Below are positions 56,425 to 64,000 of a DNA stretch of 64,000 nucleotides, piece after piece. The DNA is from Patescibacteria group bacterium. GTDB taxonomy: Bacteria; Patescibacteriota; Minisyncoccia; Phycocordibacterales; JAKAEA01. Under the pieces are notes generated by a model. It did not search any database. It saw only the letters and a list, made by a program, of their open reading frames with translations, and had not been told where the DNA came from. The stretch is from NCBI GenBank assembly GCA_040387855.1, contig JAZKCY010000001.1, positions 25,334 through 89,333 of the forward strand, given 5' to 3'. Position numbers and translations under genes: made by a program. How positions within the stretch are numbered: position 1 is the stretch's first letter; the number at the start of each line of letters is the position of its first letter.

Positions 56425-56717
56425 AGGTCAATAGTCAGTGCATCACTCAATGAGTGTTGACGGATTAGTCAGTTTCCCAGTCGTAGCGGAGTAAGATTAG
56501 AGAGTTGTTCGGCTCATTATGCCAGACCCCCTCAATCTTCACTTCCTCCTCGGAAACCTAACCAATCCTTCAACTCCATCGCTTGATCACCCTAAAGAAA
56601 TCGAATCCTCGTCGCCGCTATCTAGCAGCAACGAGGATTCTTCATATCTGGATATGTTGTTATCATATATTCAAACAAAAAAGAGCTCAGAATGTTATTC
56701 CTAGCTCTTTTTTGTTG
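56425..56717 (+). ncRNA. candidate small non-coding RNA / orphan transcription unit (about 290 nt)
   Basis: bounded by consensus promoter and a hairpin+T-run terminator (56681-56717); only a low-complexity 61-aa ORF without RBS; internal hairpins incl. gaatcctcgt...acgaggattc (10-bp stem) and a CCUCCU-containing C/U-rich stretch. Confidence 0.35.
56681..56717. terminator. bidirectional terminator (cca on minus strand / orphan transcript on plus strand)
   Basis: aagagct-cagaatgttattcct-agctctt flanked by aaaaaa (plus 56675-80) and tttttgttg. Confidence 0.6.
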
Positions 56718-56734
56718 CTTCTCTTTTAAATTCA

Positions 56735-58216
56735 CTATTCTACATGATATTTCTTTCTGATTTCCCCCACTTTCTCTTCTTCTACCTGTTCTTGGATTTG
56801 TTTCCCCTTCTCACCTAATGCTTTAAGCTCTTCTTCTGGAAGCTTAATAAGCTCTCCTGCTCTCATTTCTAAGTATTCAGCCGTATTTAGCTTTGGATCT
56901 TCCAATACTTCTTCTAAAAGCGCATGGAGTGTATACCCTATCTTACGTCCTGGTGTTTCACGAGTAACCTCCATAATCCTCTTCCCGTCTATCTTAAGCA
57001 TGCCTACAGATATTGGATCCCGCATGACTTCCTCAATCATTGCCTGGTATTTACGTAATCTATAAGGATTCTCCTTAGGTCTCCCCGTCCCTATCCGATC
57101 TGCTACTCGTACGTTCATAAGATCCCAAACATTCTCCTTCCCTACGTTTGCCACCATTCTTCGTACGGCGGAGTGAGTAATTGTCTCAGTATCTGAGAAA
57201 AACATGTGCCATCTAACAAGTTTCACCACTTTTTCTATAAGTTTCTGTGGAAACTTGAGATCCATGAGGATTCTCTTGGCAATTCGTGCCCCCACTACCT
57301 CGTGCCCGTAAAACGTCCATTTCGACTCCCCTGGTCTCCTTGTGTCTGGTTTGCCTATATCATGCAACAGTGAGGCTAATCGGACGTCGAGAGGCCATTT
57401 TTTATCTGCACTCAACTGTAATGAACGGATTAAATGTTCCCACACGTTATACTTATGTACACCTCCCTGCTCTATTCCAATACTTTTTTCAAATTCCGGA
57501 GATATAAACCGTAGAACATTATACTTTTGAGCAAGTTCCATCCCCCGCTGTGGATAATCAGACATAATCATCTTTGAGAATTCATCTCGTACTCGTTCTT
57601 TAGATATATGGATCAATAAGTCAGAGTTATCCACAAGTGCCTTTTCTGTATCGGACTCAATAGTAAAATTCAATTCACATGAAAGTCGGATAGCCCGCAA
57701 GATACGCAAAGCATCTTCCTGGAATCGGTCATGTGGATTACCAACAGTACGTAGAATTCCGTCCTTTAAATCAGTCTGTCCTTTATAAAGGTCAATAATA
57801 TGTCCGTTAGAAGGATCTAAGGCTATAGCGTTAATAGTGAAGTCACGTCTTTTAAGGTCGTCCTTTATATCTTTGCTGAAAGTTATGCTGTCTGGACGTC
57901 GCACGTCTGTATACTTTGTCTCTAATCTATATGGGGTGACTTCTATGACTTTGACTGTTTCGTCTACCTTATCCCCTTCTGTCTTTACACCAACTGTCCC
58001 ATAAGCGTTTTCATAAAACGTCTCTGAAAAAAGTCCTATAATTTCTTCTGGAGTTGCATTAGTTGTAATATCCCAATCTTTTGGCTTTCTGTTGATAAGT
58101 AGATCTCTAATACATCCTCCAACCAAATATGCTTCAAAATTTGCCTTTTGAAGCGTCGTTGCTACAGCTTGAACTTCCGTTGGGATTTTCTCAATAAGTG
58201 AGGTTTGTAGGGACAT
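56735..58216 (-). CDS. cca: CCA-adding tRNA nucleotidyltransferase with HD domain
   Basis: PolyA_pol head domain LVGGCIRDLLINRKPKDWD, HD motif LLHDIGK; start placed at ATG 58216 (MSLQTS) because the track's longer ORF overlaps two tRNA genes. Confidence 0.8.
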   Translation of the reverse strand: MSLQTSLIEKIPTEVQAVATTLQKANFEAYLVGGCIRDLLINRKPKDWDITTNATPEEIIGLFSETFYENAYGTVGVKTEGDKVDETVKVIEVTPYRLETKYTDVRRPDSITFSKDIKDDLKRRDFTINAIALDPSNGHIIDLYKGQTDLKDGILRTVGNPHDRFQEDALRILRAIRLSCELNFTIESDTEKALVDNSDLLIHISKERVRDEFSKMIMSDYPQRGMELAQKYNVLRFISPEFEKSIGIEQGGVHKYNVWEHLIRSLQLSADKKWPLDVRLASLLHDIGKPDTRRPGESKWTFYGHEVVGARIAKRILMDLKFPQKLIEKVVKLVRWHMFFSDTETITHSAVRRMVANVGKENVWDLMNVRVADRIGTGRPKENPYRLRKYQAMIEEVMRDPISVGMLKIDGKRIMEVTRETPGRKIGYTLHALLEEVLEDPKLNTAEYLEMRAGELIKLPEEELKALGEKGKQIQEQVEEEKVGEIRKKYHVE

Positions 58217-58277
58217 TATGGTTGTATAGTAAGATATCTTTTGATTTTTTGCTAATAATCCGTATGATGTAGTAATT

Positions 58278-58349
58278 GCACTCGTGGTGAAATGGATATC
58301 ACAACGGTCTTCGGAACCGTTATTGGGGGTTCGAATCCCTCCGAGTGCA
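58278..58349 (+). tRNA. tRNA-Arg (anticodon TCG)
   Basis: acceptor GCACTCG/CGAGTGC, D-arm GTGA-AATGGATA-TCAC, anticodon stem ACGGT/ACCGT with loop CTTCGGA, T-loop GGTTCGAATCC. Confidence 0.7.
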
Positions 58350-58353
58350 CATT

Positions 58354-58424
58354 GCGGGCATGGTTTAGTGGTAGAACACGTCCTTGCCAAGGATGAGACG
58401 GGAGTTCGATTCTCCCTGCCCGCA
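58354..58424 (+). tRNA. tRNA-Gly (anticodon GCC)
   Basis: acceptor GCGGGCA/TGCCCGC, anticodon loop TTGCCAA, T-loop AGTTCGATTCTC; 4 nt after tRNA-Arg. Confidence 0.8.
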
Positions 58425-58447
58425 CCCTAGCCCGTGTCTAAAGATTA

Positions 58448-58475
58448 AAGCCGAGTGTACTACTCGGCTTTGTCT
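58448..58475 (+). terminator. terminator after tRNA-Arg/Gly pair
   Basis: aaagccgagtgtactactcggcttt 8-bp stem followed by gtctttat. Confidence 0.5.
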
Positions 58476-58778
58476 TTATCAAGTCCCTTAGTTTTTAAGA
58501 GTTATATACAGTTAGCCGTAGTTACCCTCAAAACTGTGGATAACTATGTGGATATGTGTATAAAAGACAATGTCATATAGATGAGTCAATATGGCTTTTA
58601 CTCAAAAATATGGCCTTGTATGGCCACAATTATCAGACACTGTCTATAATAGATGACTTAGAGAGTTATACACACATACACACAATATGTTTCACGTGAA
58701 ACAGTCTATATTGGTTATTCATGAAACCTTTATCTAAACTAGAGCTAGTTTTCATGTACATCAAATTATAGTTGTTTC

Positions 58779-59207
58779 ATGAATAACGATGATGTGGAGT
58801 CAAAAGCAGATACAAGAACCAATAAACGCATAATTGGGGATAGTGGTGAAGACATTGTGTGTACGTTTCTTATGAAACAGGGATTTAAGATACTTGATCG
58901 TAACTATTTAAAACCATATGGGGAATTGGATATTGTGGGTAGTAAGGACGGAAAGTATCATTTTATTGAGGTAAAAACAGTTTCATGTGAAATGGATAGC
59001 TTTGTTACACGTAGAACATCAGATAGATATCGACCTGAAGATAATGTTCACGCATGGAAACTACGTAAGTTGGGTAGGGTTATTCAGGCTTATTTGTTAC
59101 ACAAGAAACTTTTTGATGCGGATTGGCAGTTTGATGTAGCTCTTGTTTACTTAGACTCAAAGACAGGGAAGTCTGTAATCGAAATGCTTGAGGATATTAT
59201 TCTATAA
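58779..59207 (+). CDS. YraN (UPF0102) family endonuclease-like protein
   Basis: GEDIVCTFLMKQGFKILDRNYLKPYGELDIV...HFIEVKT pattern of YraN family. Confidence 0.65.
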   Translation: MNNDDVESKADTRTNKRIIGDSGEDIVCTFLMKQGFKILDRNYLKPYGELDIVGSKDGKYHFIEVKTVSCEMDSFVTRRTSDRYRPEDNVHAWKLRKLGRVIQAYLLHKKLFDADWQFDVALVYLDSKTGKSVIEMLEDIIL

Positions 59208-59251
59208 GTCTTTTGATAAAAATACTGTTATATGCTAGTCTGTATGAACAT

Positions 59252-59324
59252 CGGAGCGTGGTGTAACGGCTAACATTCCTGTTTTGGGAACAGGCGACTC
59301 CGGGTTCGAATCCCGGCGCTCCGA
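59252..59324 (+). tRNA. tRNA-Pro (anticodon TGG)
   Basis: acceptor CGGAGCG/CGCTCCG, anticodon stem CCTGT/ACAGG loop TTTGGGA, T-arm CCGGG-TTCGAAT-CCCGG. Confidence 0.8.
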
Positions 59325-59330
59325 CATTGT

Positions 59331-59657
59331 ATGTCTGCTAAGTTTCAGAAAAAAGTAGAAGACTTTACCTGTGAACATTGTGGTAAAGAGGTTAACGGCA
59401 ATGGTTTTACGAATCATTGTCCTTCTTGTTTGTGGAGTAAACATGTGGATAATAACCCGGGAGATAGGGGAGCAGAGTGTCAGGGTATGATGCAGCCCAT
59501 CTACTGTGTTCAAGAAAAAGACTTGTTTATCCTTACCAGTAAGTGTGTTGTGTGTGGCCTTGAAAAGCGAAATAGGCTTACATCTCAGGATAATGTTGAT
59601 GTTGCCTTTGAAATTGTAGAGAAGGCTAATAGAAAGCTTCTAGGCCTTGATAAATAG
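59331..59657 (+). CDS. RNHCP-domain-like zinc-ribbon protein
   Basis: 108 aa; CEHCGK...GFTNHCPSCLWSKH...CVVCG cysteine pattern with NHCP motif; starts 7 nt after tRNA-Pro. Confidence 0.5.
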   Translation: MSAKFQKKVEDFTCEHCGKEVNGNGFTNHCPSCLWSKHVDNNPGDRGAECQGMMQPIYCVQEKDLFILTSKCVVCGLEKRNRLTSQDNVDVAFEIVEKANRKLLGLDK

Positions 59658-59683
59658 GGAAGATCTGCTATAGTAATTGCATT

Positions 59684-59754
59684 GCGGGATTAGTTAAATG
59701 GTATAACAACAGTTTTCCAAACTGTGGTCAGGAGTTCGATTCCCCTATCCCGCA
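59684..59754 (+). tRNA. tRNA-Gly (anticodon TCC)
   Basis: acceptor GCGGGAT/ATCCCGC, D-arm GTTA-AATGGTA-TAAC, anticodon stem ACAGT/ACTGT loop TTTCCAA, T-loop TTCGATT. Confidence 0.75.
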
Positions 59755-59787
59755 CTCGACAAGCTCGTGCTAAAGCACAAAACAAAA

Positions 59788-59816
59788 GACTCACTAATTA
59801 GTGAGTCTTTTGTTAT
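59788..59816 (+). terminator. terminator after tRNA-Gly(TCC)
   Basis: aaagactcactaattagtgagtcttttg 9-bp stem plus T-run. Confidence 0.55.
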
Positions 59817-59836
59817 TCATGAAACGTTATTCTTTG

Positions 59837-60397
59837 TTAAACTTGAGGGGGAAGTGATGTTTTACGTGTAACAGCGTTTCCAATTACTGCTGCTAGAGCA
59901 ATGAGGACAATAATGGCTACCATATAGATCCATGGATTTTTAGGGCCAGAAATATAGTGCCAGATATGGCGGTGAACGAAACCAATTGAGAGTGCACCCC
60001 ACCATCCAAGCTGAGAAATAGTAGAAGCAAGGCCAGTTTTAAATACTAAATTAGGCGGAAGATCATTAACATCTCCTAGTCTGTCGGTCGCTTTCTTAAT
60101 AAAGTGTAAGAATATTCCGTTTAAGCCAAGCATTGCTACAAAGAAGAGCTTTATCCATGTAAGGTTATCTATGAAGCCTTTAAGTGTAATAAGACCAATA
60201 CCAGAGAGAACGAGACCAACCCAGCCAATCCAGATAAGTCTTTGAGTGACTTCAGCAATCTGAGCAACAGTTTTTAAAGGAAGTTTTTTCAACATCCATA
60301 GTACTCCACTAAAATCAATTGCAATAACAGCACCAAACCCTGTAATCAAAGAAACAATATGTATAAAAAGAAAAACAAAAAATACTGGTGTATCCAT
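59837..60397 (-). CDS. hypothetical polytopic membrane protein
   Basis: 186 aa, 5-6 predicted TM helices, no known motif. Confidence 0.4.
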   Translation of the reverse strand: MDTPVFFVFLFIHIVSLITGFGAVIAIDFSGVLWMLKKLPLKTVAQIAEVTQRLIWIGWVGLVLSGIGLITLKGFIDNLTWIKLFFVAMLGLNGIFLHFIKKATDRLGDVNDLPPNLVFKTGLASTISQLGWWGALSIGFVHRHIWHYISGPKNPWIYMVAIIVLIALAAVIGNAVTRKTSLPPQV

Positions 60398-60447
60398 AAT
60401 GAAATAGTATAGCAGAGATATTTATTTAAATAAAAACAAATAACAAA

Positions 60448-60485
60448 AAACCCCTGAGCGTAGTCGAGGGGTTTTTTGTTGTGAA
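60448..60485. terminator. bidirectional terminator between membrane protein gene and hup
   Basis: aaaaaacccctgagcgtagtcgaggggttttttgttg. Confidence 0.6.
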
Positions 60486-60499
60486 AATAAGATGGAGTC

Positions 60500-60772
60500 T
60501 TATTTTACAGCGTCCTTAAGAGCCTTTGCTGCTCGGAACTTAGGAACTCGCATTGCTGGTACATCTACCATCTCTCCAGTTCGAGGATTTCGAGCCTTTC
60601 GAGCCTGTCGCTGCTTTGCTGAGAAGATTCCCAAACCTGCGATTGAAACTTCTTCACCCTTCTTTAGAGAACCTACGATAGCTTCAATCATTGTTTCAAC
60701 TGCCTGCTCTGCCTGAACCTTTGTTCCTCCAAGCTTTGCGTGTACTGCATCTACGATACTTGCTTTATTCAT
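60500..60772 (-). CDS. hup: DNA-binding protein HU
   Basis: 90 aa; MNKASIVDAV...GFGTF-like IAGLGIFS, RNPRTGE arm motif. Confidence 0.9.
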   Translation of the reverse strand: MNKASIVDAVHAKLGGTKVQAEQAVETMIEAIVGSLKKGEEVSIAGLGIFSAKQRQARKARNPRTGEMVDVPAMRVPKFRAAKALKDAVK

Positions 60773-60881
60773 TGTAATAATTATTACGTTTCTAATTACC
60801 GATGCGACCCTGATATGTTCTATATTATATAATATGGCTTATAATAAGGATAGCTCTGAAAAAACTATAAAATATAACTTG

Positions 60882-62411
60882 CTATCTGGCAAATTCGATG
60901 ACGCGGGTCTCTCGAATGACTGTTACTTTAATTTCTCCGGGATATTTTAGTTCGTTTTCAATTCGTTGTGCGATCTCTCGTGCGATAGTTTTAGATTCCA
61001 AATCATTAACATCTTGAGGAGTGATAAATACCCTTATTTCTCGGCCTGCTTGGAGAGCATAGGCTTTTTCAACTCCCTTAAATGAATTAGCAATTCCTTC
61101 AAGATCTTCTAATCTCTTAAGATAATTTTCAACAGTATCACGTCGTGCACCTGGACGTGATCCAGAAATAGCATCTGCGACCTGCACAATAACTGATTCA
61201 ACCGTTTCATATGGATATTCTCCATGGTGTGCTTGCATTGCTTTAATGATTTCTTCTTGTGCACCAAACTTTTGAAGTATTCGGCGACCAATTTCAACAT
61301 GTGTTCCTTGAACTTCGTGATCAACAGCCTTACCTATGTCATGTAGCAGTGCGCCGGCTTTGGCGATTGAAACATTCGCACCAAGTTCTTCAGCAATCAT
61401 TCCGGCAATATGGGCCATTTCAATTGAGTGGGCGAGAACATTTTGTCCGTAACTTGTTCTAAAATGGAGGCGACCTACAATATGTACAATTCGTGGATCT
61501 AAATTGAAGATTCCACATTCATATACTGCCTGTTCACCCTTTTCTTTAATAACTTTATTAATTTCATTCTTTGCTTTTTCAACCATTTCTTCTATTTTTG
61601 CAGGTTGAATACGGCCATCAGCAATAAGATAATCAAGGGCAACACGAGCAATTTGTCGTCGGACAGGATTAAATGATGAAATAGTAATTGCACCAGGAGT
61701 ATCATCAATAATGATTTCTACACCAGTTGCACGTTCGAAAGCTTTAATATTTCGGCCTTCTTTACCAATAATCTTACCTTTGATTTCATCATTAGGAATT
61801 GGCACGCTTGTTGCCATAACATCTGATGACATTGAATTACCAAGGCGCTGTATAGCAGTGGTTAAGATTTCTTGGGCACGTTTTTCAAGAGTTTCTTGGC
61901 CCTGCATCTCTAATTTCTGCATTCGTACCAAAATATCTTCTTCATATTTCTTTTCTACAATGACCGTTATGGCGGATCGGGCTTCTCCTTCAGTCATTCG
62001 TGCTACATGCTCAAGTTCCCGATGCTTTTGTGCCTCGAGATTGTCTGCTTTTTCCTTAATAGCCTTAATTTCAGCTATCTTTTGCTTTAATACTTCAACT
62101 TCCTGATCAATATCAACCTGTCTGTTATCTAAAAGTTCTTCTTTTTTAATCAGACGGTCCTCAGTTTTCTTCAGTTTATCTTCTTTTTCCTTTATTTCTG
62201 CGCGTACTTCTCGTAAGGTATCGATTGATTTTTTCTCAGCATCAGCAGTAATTCTCTTTGATTCTTCTTGAGCATCTGAGAGAATTCGCTTGATTTCGGA
62301 TTCAACTGAACCCTTTTTACTAAGAGCTATAGCCAATCGCAGGAAATAACCCCCTACGAGTCCAATGCATCCGATCGCAATCGAAAGCATAAGCGCTAAT
62401 TGTAATGACAT
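60882..62411 (-). CDS. rny: ribonuclease Y
   Basis: N-terminal TM anchor, coiled coil, KH domain (IGKEGRNIK), HD domain (LLHDIGKA). Confidence 0.9.
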   Translation of the reverse strand: MSLQLALMLSIAIGCIGLVGGYFLRLAIALSKKGSVESEIKRILSDAQEESKRITADAEKKSIDTLREVRAEIKEKEDKLKKTEDRLIKKEELLDNRQVDIDQEVEVLKQKIAEIKAIKEKADNLEAQKHRELEHVARMTEGEARSAITVIVEKKYEEDILVRMQKLEMQGQETLEKRAQEILTTAIQRLGNSMSSDVMATSVPIPNDEIKGKIIGKEGRNIKAFERATGVEIIIDDTPGAITISSFNPVRRQIARVALDYLIADGRIQPAKIEEMVEKAKNEINKVIKEKGEQAVYECGIFNLDPRIVHIVGRLHFRTSYGQNVLAHSIEMAHIAGMIAEELGANVSIAKAGALLHDIGKAVDHEVQGTHVEIGRRILQKFGAQEEIIKAMQAHHGEYPYETVESVIVQVADAISGSRPGARRDTVENYLKRLEDLEGIANSFKGVEKAYALQAGREIRVFITPQDVNDLESKTIAREIAQRIENELKYPGEIKVTVIRETRVIEFAR

Positions 62412-62598
62412 TGTTTCACAGTGGTCTCACCGCAAGCTGTATCTTTATGCGTCTGTTAGTCTGAGTTCAGTAAAGAAAGGAATAGAGGGGTTCAGCACGC
62501 AGAAGGCAATCAACAGCAAGGCCACCAATTAATATTTACTAATGATTTTATCATACAAGAGATCTAGCTTTTTGTCGAGAATAGGCTTTTTTATACAA

Positions 62599-62627
62599 AA
62601 ACCCATACAGTAAATCTGTATGGGTTT
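62599..62627 (-). terminator. intrinsic terminator downstream of clpP
   Basis: aaacccatacagtaaatctgtatgggttt, followed on minus strand by TTTTGTAT. Confidence 0.55.
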
Positions 62628-62631
62628 TGAT

Positions 62632-63207
62632 TTAGATGATTTTGTCGATAATACCGTATTTCTTGGCTTCTTCTGCATCCATGAAGTAATCTCGTTCAAC
62701 GTCTCTCTCAATTCGGGCAACTGTTTGACCAGTATTCTTTGCCATAATTTGATTGAGTCTCTCTCGAGTCTTTAAGATTTGCTTTGCTGTTACTTCAATA
62801 TCTGATGCTCGGCCTTCTGCTCCTCCTGATGGCTGGTGAATCATGATCTCAGAGTTGGGAAGGGCAAATCGCTTGCCTTTAGTACCAGCTGAGAGCAAAA
62901 GTGCTCCTGCAGATGCTGCAATACCAATACATACGGTAGAAACATCAGGCTTGATGTGATTCATTGTATCAAGCATTGCGAGTGCTGCAGTTACAGATCC
63001 TCCGGGAGAGTTTATATAAAGAGAAATGTCTTTCTTTGAATCTTCTGACTGAAGGAAGAGCAACTGAGCAACCACGATGTTTGCTACAGTGTCATCAATA
63101 GGACCACCAAGGAAAATAATTCGTTCTTTTAATAAACGTGAATAAATATCGTATGCTCGTTCTCCATTGGGAGACTTTTCAATAACTGTTGGAATTAAAT
63201 AGCTCAT
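62632..63207 (-). CDS. clpP: ATP-dependent Clp protease proteolytic subunit
   Basis: 191 aa; catalytic Ser in [10 protein letters not shown], His in MIHQP, typical ClpP N-terminus. Confidence 0.9.
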   Translation of the reverse strand: MSYLIPTVIEKSPNGERAYDIYSRLLKERIIFLGGPIDDTVANIVVAQLLFLQSEDSKKDISLYINSPGGSVTAALAMLDTMNHIKPDVSTVCIGIAASAGALLLSAGTKGKRFALPNSEIMIHQPSGGAEGRASDIEVTAKQILKTRERLNQIMAKNTGQTVARIERDVERDYFMDAEEAKKYGIIDKII

Positions 63208-63328
63208 ATGTGTATATTATAACCGAATTGGTATATTAGTAAATACTTATATATCGTAACTGAATGGGCTTAGTATATGAAAGCGAAAGGTGAAATGCAA
63301 ATTTAGTTGTTTCTGGTAGTATGTCCTT

Positions 63329-64000
63329 ATGAAACTCCAAAGATTCTTTATTGAAGAGCAGCTCCGAAATAAAAAAGACATTACCCTTTATGACGATGAT
63401 TTGATTCATCAGCTCAAGGACGTTTTTCGATTGCGGGTAGGGGATCAAATAATGCTGTTGGACAATTCTGGTTTTGAATATTTGGCAGAAGTTGTGCTAT
63501 TGGCCAGAGGAAAGGGAGAAATCAAGATTATTGATCAATCAGCTGCAATAAATGTACCTAAAGAAGAGGTGTGGCTTTTTGCATCGCTTATAAAGAAGGA
63601 TAATTATGAATGGATTTTGGAAAAGTGTACTGAGCTTGGAGTTTCACATTTTGTCCCAATTGTTTCAGACAGGACTGAAAAGAAAGACTTAAATAGTGAA
63701 CGAGCACAGAAAATTATTAAAGAGGCATCTGAGCAGTCAGAGCGTGGAGTTATGCCTGTCTTATATGATGTGCACACGCTTGAACAAACACTGGAAAAGT
63801 ATGCAGGTACATTTCCTATCTATGCTTTTCATATCGGACAAGAATTCCCAAAGTTTAATTATTCTGAAATTAAAAATAAGCATGCAGATAGAAATGCATC
63901 ACTCAAGCTTCCTGAAGAACCGATTGGGATTTTTGTTGGACCAGAAGGCGGATGGACTGAAAAAGAAGTAGAACTATTTAAACAACATTCAGTGCAAATT
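63329..64000 (+). CDS. rsmE: 16S rRNA (uracil1498-N3)-methyltransferase RsmE, partial (runs off the window end)
   Basis: ORF not in the supplied track; open frame from ATG 63329 to the window end with RsmE motifs including GPEGGWT. Confidence 0.6.
   Translation, partial: MKLQRFFIEEQLRNKKDITLYDDDLIHQLKDVFRLRVGDQIMLLDNSGFEYLAEVVLLARGKGEIKIIDQSAAINVPKEEVWLFASLIKKDNYEWILEKCTELGVSHFVPIVSDRTEKKDLNSERAQKIIKEASEQSERGVMPVLYDVHTLEQTLEKYAGTFPIYAFHIGQEFPKFNYSEIKNKHADRNASLKLPEEPIGIFVGPEGGWTEKEVELFKQHSVQI

Noticed and set aside
56519-56704. 61-aa ORF inside the orphan transcription unit
   Set aside because: Low-complexity Ser/Pro/Leu sequence, no RBS, weak start context. Treated as non-coding; a small protein cannot be fully excluded.
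58217-58390. N-terminal 58-aa extension of the cca ORF
   Set aside because: The extension overlaps tRNA-Arg and tRNA-Gly on the opposite strand. The conserved CCA-enzyme N-terminus begins at the internal ATG (58216).
59235-59513. 92-aa minus-strand ORF
   Set aside because: Overlaps tRNA-Pro(TGG) and the RNHCP-like gene on the opposite strand; no motif support.
62529-62720. 63-aa minus-strand ORF downstream of clpP
   Set aside because: Overlaps the clpP terminator hairpin and the clpP 3' end; no support.
1-64000. CRISPR arrays, rRNA operons, IS elements
   Set aside because: No short regularly spaced direct repeats, no rRNA-like conserved stretches and no transposase-like ORFs were seen.

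Overview
The window is low-GC (about 38%), gene-dense and mostly minus-strand coded, with the housekeeping content of a reduced genome. Together with the surface-protein architecture, the most plausible source is a Saccharibacteria (TM7) or related CPR/Patescibacteria chromosome; this placement is inference, made with no database search. The chromosomal replication origin lies in the window: rpmH-rnpA-yidC on the plus strand diverges from dnaA-dnaN on the minus strand, with DnaA boxes on both sides of dnaA. Housekeeping genes include rpsT, ruvA, ruvB, ruvC, a truncated yebC, fpg, polA, holA-like, tsaE, pilB, tyrS, a class A PBP, ksgA, pcrA/uvrD, comM, dksA, rpsO, xerC/D-like, xth, cca, hup, rny, clpP and a partial rsmE. 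There are five tRNAs: Lys-TTT, Arg-TCG, Gly-GCC, Pro-TGG and Gly-TCC.

The most interesting structures are these:
- Roughly 15 kb of co-directional genes (28273-43528, minus strand) encode a Gram-positive-type type IV secretion core: a PrgI/VirB3-like protein, a VirB4 ATPase split into two ORFs, and a VirB6-like polytopic protein with a long disordered tail. No relaxase or VirD4 coupling protein is in the window.
- Embedded in that array are secreted adhesin-like proteins and a protein whose VirB2/TrbC-pilin-like N-terminus is fused to a right-handed beta-helix domain.
- Two tandem paralogous genes for large secreted beta-helix proteins (5154-10932) have internal repeats and a 28-nt identical stretch at their 3' ends.
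- A roughly 600-bp island of about 60% GC (14606-15215) encodes a lipoprotein with high-GC codon usage, its own Shine-Dalgarno sequence and a GC-rich terminator. I infer horizontal acquisition from a high-GC donor, possibly an actinobacterial host.
- An orphan transcription unit (56391-56717) has a consensus sigma70-like promoter and a terminator but no credible ORF, so it is a candidate ncRNA.
- A long imperfect inverted repeat sits in the pilB-ruvB spacer.

No rRNA genes, CRISPR arrays or IS elements were seen.
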